64,000 nucleotides of DNA, taken from positions 7,316,001 through 7,380,000 of the forward strand of contig NW_026889755.1 of assembly GCF_033153115.1 (NCBI RefSeq), in the 5' to 3' direction. The stretch is from Saccostrea echinata (Eukaryota). The notes under the pieces are model-generated. The model did no database searches. It was not told the DNA's origin and saw only the letters and a list, made by a program, of their open reading frames with translations. The position numbers and the translations under genes were made by a program. Each line of letters begins with the position of its first letter. Position 1 is the stretch's first letter. This document shows positions 60,195-64,000 of this stretch, piece after piece.

Positions 60195-60475
60195 GCCGCC
60201 CGCGTCTAGAGTCGGTGAGTAAGGATATGGACCTTACTCACTTGCAGTTTTAAATTCCATTACGGGATCTGAAGACGGGTTCTTCTGATGAGACAGTATA
60301 AACCGAGGTCCCGTGTCGCAGAAGGTGCTGCCATGAAAAATATCGCTCACTGCTCAAAGCCCGTTACTGCCGAGTACAGGTCTAAATTAGCAGCCCTCTC
60401 TATGCAATTGATGGAGTCTCAATATGAGTGAAAAATCCTCGAAGGGACATTAAACAAGAACAAAAACAAACAAAA
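60195..60475 (+). mobile_element. Diverged SINE of the same family as 1412-1713
   Basis: Shares CTAGAGTCG..GAGTAAGGA, GATGAGAC...AAACCGAGGTCCCGTGTCGCAG, ATATGAGTGAAAAAT and the AAAC tail. Confidence 0.8.
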
Positions 60476-61040
60476 TAATTTCGATTGAGATTCAAACTTT
60501 GATTGAAGACCAGCAAAATATTCTTACGACGAAATAAACGACACACATATTCAAGGCAGATGGAATGCAATTTAACTACCTAAATCAATTTTTAAATATT
60601 GGTCAAGAGTTCCTGTAAATATTTATAAAAGTTTTCATTTTAATTTTAGTTTTACACAGTAAAACCTTTTTCTTAAATTCTCAGACACAATGAAGTAATA
60701 TATCGGCTAGTTTTTTTTCAATTATTGCTGAGTATATCCTTGCGTTTGACCTTGACCTTGTTTCTTATTATTTATGTCTTCTGTGAAAATACGTATATTT
60801 TACTGCTAATAATGTTTTTTTCTTTTTTATCTTTTTATTAAGTTAGATGTAAAATATTTTTTTTAAATTGTTGCAGTTCGATCAATATAATCTGGATTTA
60901 GGCATACAGTGCAAGGTTTTAATTATTTGAATTAAAGCCGTCCATAGAAAACTATTTTTCTGCTTAACAATAAATGATAATAAAAATAATATATAAGCAG
61001 TAAACTTTATCATAAATTCATTTTATTGCGTTACTCAATT

Positions 61041-62714
61041 AACTAGATATCATTGAGATGGTGGCCATCTCAAAGGGCCCCGCTTTCAGCAATGAACATG
61101 AAAATGTAAGGTAGCTGAAAAGGGTTTATTTTGACAGGTCCAGCACAATCTCTTGATTAAGCTATATAGCTTGAAATAGCTATATAGCTTTACTAAGCTA
61201 TTCAAAATAGCTTGATAAAGCTATTTATATGCAGGTTTTCACAAAAATGTTATTTGTAAAAAATAGACAGAAAGTCGCAAGTATTTGACTATTCATGTGT
61301 AATATGGGTTATCAAATCAACAACCCAAATCAAAGATAGTTCTAATATTGCAGCATTTGAATACTTTTAAGCAAAAGGCAAATTTCCATTGTTTGGGTAA
61401 CTGTACACTACCTTGTGTGCATTGAGGCATGGATAAGTATGATTACTTCTCATTGTACTGAATTATTACCAATCAATTATCTTGTTGACCATAATTGGCC
61501 TCCTTTATAATTTCATTGAATAAGTAACTGTATCAATTGCTTTATATAGCCCCAAAACTTTTAGAACTTTGAGTACAAAGTCTCTTAAGGAGACACAATT
61601 TGATGAGTGAATTTTACATGCATTATTTTCATAAGAGTTCAAGGTTGAATATCATCACTGCACCAAGGTGCGACTTTTTGTGCATACTTGGAAAATAACA
61701 CATTTGAGGAAAAGTGTGATTAAATAGCTTAATCAAGCTATTCTGAATAGCTTAATAAAGCTATATAGCTAAATCAAGCTATATAGCTTAATCAAGAGAT
61801 TGTGCCGGACCTGTTTGAAGAGGAACATTTGTGTACTATTAAGGGATGTGTTGTTTGAGTCTAAAGGGCTTCTATGTCATCCTTGTTATAATAAAAAATG
61901 GCATAAAAATCACGAGTGCTCCACACCCTCTATCAAAAAGCGTCACAAAAATCACGAATGTTGCATATCCTCTATCAAAATATGGAAGGAAAATCACTAA
62001 TGTTCTGCACCCTAAGTCAATTGGAAAAGTTTGAGGCTGACTGGACTTAAGAAAAAGAAATTATGCACCAAACAAAGATTTTAAACAGAGAGGCTATTTT
62101 TGACCTTGACCTAGAAACTTTGTTCAAGGTCACTGCACATTCTTTGTCCAGTGGCACTCTGTGAGTGAAGTATGAGCCACATTGGACCAAGAAGATATGC
62201 TCCGGACAAGGATTTTTCATATAATTCTGCTATGACCTTGAACTTAGACCTAGAATCATGGTTCAAGGTCACTGCATGCCCTTTACCCAAAGACACTCTG
62301 TGGGTGAAGTATGAGCCAGATTGGGCCAAGGAGAGAGAAGATATGCTCTGGACAAGAATTTAAACAGAGAGGCTATTTTTGACCTTGACCCTTAACCCAG
62401 AAACTTCGTTTAAGGTCACTGCACATCCATTGACCAGTGGCACTCTGTGAGTGAAGTATGAGCCACATTGGACCAAGAAGAGAGAAGATATGCTCCGGAC
62501 AAAGATTTTTCATATAATTCTGCTATGACCTTGACCTTAGACCTAGAAACATGGTTCAAGGTCACTGCACACCCCTTACCCAAAGACACTCTGTGGGTGA
62601 AGTATGAGCCAGATTGGGCCAAGGAGATAGAAGATATGCCCCGGACAAGAGATCTCGGACGGACGGACGGACAGACTGATCACTATAGGGCACCCGCAGA
62701 GCGGGGCCCTAATA
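61041..62714 (-). mobile_element. HINE-like element with tandem repeats and a nested MITE
   Basis: Terminal hairpin TTGAGATGG..CCATCTCAA, AGGGCCCCGC/GCGGGGCCCT sub-TIR and a GGAC microsatellite. Two units of about 280 bp (at 62081 and 62360), each made of two related subunits. Confidence 0.75.
61135..61813. mobile_element. MITE with long TIRs and a 5-bp TSD
   Basis: CAGGTCC.GCACAATCTCTTGATTAAGCTATATAGCTTGA inverted at both ends, with subterminal AAGCTA/TAGCTT repeats. TTTGA at 61130-61134 and 61814-61818. Confidence 0.88.
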
Positions 62715-63195
62715 AGCAGTAGACGACATAGACATATGGAGTATGGGCGAATTTCTGAAATGAGGACCTGTTCAATTTTTAATAAATATGCTCTCTATGT
62801 CTCTTGACTTCTTCCCTCCGGCCATTTACAATAAGTAGTTTTTTTAAGATACAAAACATATTGTATAAAAATTGAAGAGGTAACTGTCAAAAAATATAGA
62901 TATGCATATATGCACATTTTTTTTAAAATTTCAAACTGTTATTCAAATCAATATTTATTTTCTTGAAAGAGTTTGCATAAATTTTTAATGCTTACAAAAG
63001 CTGAAATTTGAATGTTTTATGCAAGTTGTTAATCGAACATATCAATTTTACACTGAAAATGAAAATTAAAAACATTTTTTATAAATACGCACATGTACCA
63101 GGTTATATTTGACGACAACACCCCCTTCTTTCTTCAGAAAATGTAAAATGACACGAAGTTTTTAGGAACTAGCTAGCATTCCACTAAAAAAAAAA

Positions 63196-63345
63196 ATAAC
63201 GTCTTAAAATAACATGGCAATAAAGCAATTCTTGTCAAAATTTCATGGCAAACAACAGTAAATGTATGGGTTAGCAATATGATTCAAAATGTTAAAACGG
63301 AGACATAAGATGTAAATATTTAATTTGTACCCCGTTAGGACCATG
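63196..63345 (-). pseudogene. GPCR pseudogene fragment (TM7 and C-terminus)
   Basis: Reads NIYILCLRFNILNHIANPYIY, with a 1-bp deletion on each side relative to the paralogues. Homology stops abruptly at about 63345. Confidence 0.8.
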
Positions 63346-63352
63346 TCTCATC

Positions 63353-64000
63353 AAGCTGCGTCCACACGGAGTTATTACGGCGTTCAATTTTAAAAATCGC
63401 AGGGGAATTGCACAAATTTCTGTAAAATTTTCACAATGTGAAGATGTCACGGCGTTCCTACGGCGACCCACGCTTTTATACGGCGTTCTCGCACCGTGCT
63501 ACTGCGTTCCCACGGAGATCTCTTCGCGATTGACTGCGCTTCCGCGGAGTTTTCACGGCGTGCTAGGAGTTGTCACCTCGCGTTCACGGGATTCTCACTG
63601 CGCTGGCTGCGTTCATAATACGTTCACAATGCGTTCTTCACCATGGATATATATTTAGAAGGAGTGTAACAACTTTTATTTTAAAGATTCAAGTTACGTA
63701 CATGATGAAAAGAATTCTACTTATGCCAAGAAATATTCTTTAATTAAAATTGATCTATTTGAATAATTTTGTACTAAATTATTTATAGTTTTATTAATTA
63801 AAACCCTTCTTTTTTCAGTTATATCAATTCAGGTGTGTTTTTATCTTTTCTTTGATTTTGTTATGAATGTAAAAAACTAGACACACTGAAAAGTTGTTAT
63901 AAAATTTAAGTAATTCCAATGAAACAACAGAACAAGTTCTGGTGAAATTTTTACTTCCTAATTCTACTCCCATGCTCCTGGTCAGAAGTGCAACAAATAC
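63353..64000. mobile_element. Probable left end of a DNA transposon interrupting the GPCR pseudogene
   Basis: Abrupt GC-rich start AAGCTGCGTCCACACGG with many short CACGGCG/TGCGTTC subterminal repeats. The other end was not seen. Confidence 0.4.

Noticed and set aside
60283-60330. CTGATGAG as a hammerhead ribozyme core
   Set aside because: No properly placed GAAA or helix II/III. It is a variant of the SINE core CGGATGAG.
62111-62722. Duplicated short ORFs on both strands
   Set aside because: They arise from the tandem repeat of about 280 bp inside a HINE.

Overview
AT-rich eukaryotic DNA, most likely an oyster (Ostreidae). This is inferred from a 168-bp Cg170-like satellite inside Helentron-type non-autonomous elements and from bivalve-type SINEs. 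The host content is a tandem cluster of intronless class A GPCRs on the minus strand: three complete, one running off the left edge and one pseudogene fragment. The spacers between them are filled with nested transposable elements. The main object is an apparently intact, very young 12.4-kb Ty3/gypsy retrovirus-like element (1915-14341, minus strand). It has 1566-bp LTRs, a GTAG target-site duplication, a tRNA-Ala-like PBS and a PPT. It encodes gag, pol and a class I fusion-type env. Unusual features visible in the sequence: (i) gag and pol are in one frame, separated by a single UAG that is followed by an 8-nt spacer and a 13-bp hairpin, as in gammaretroviral readthrough signals; (ii) each LTR carries an exact 73-bp duplication, and the two copies end at a splice donor and a splice acceptor, which suggests an LTR intron regenerated at each replication cycle; (iii) the first 51 bp of U3 are exactly inverted in the 3' LTR relative to the 5' LTR; (iv) env has two transmembrane segments plus an extra C-terminal domain; (v) integrase ends in a chromodomain-like module. 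A decayed Ngaro-type tyrosine-recombinase retrotransposon (39560-48421) has its SGNH hydrolase upstream of gag and a 42-bp terminal duplication. Many MITEs, HINEs, SINEs and mariner relics are also present. All comparisons were made by eye and no database search was run.
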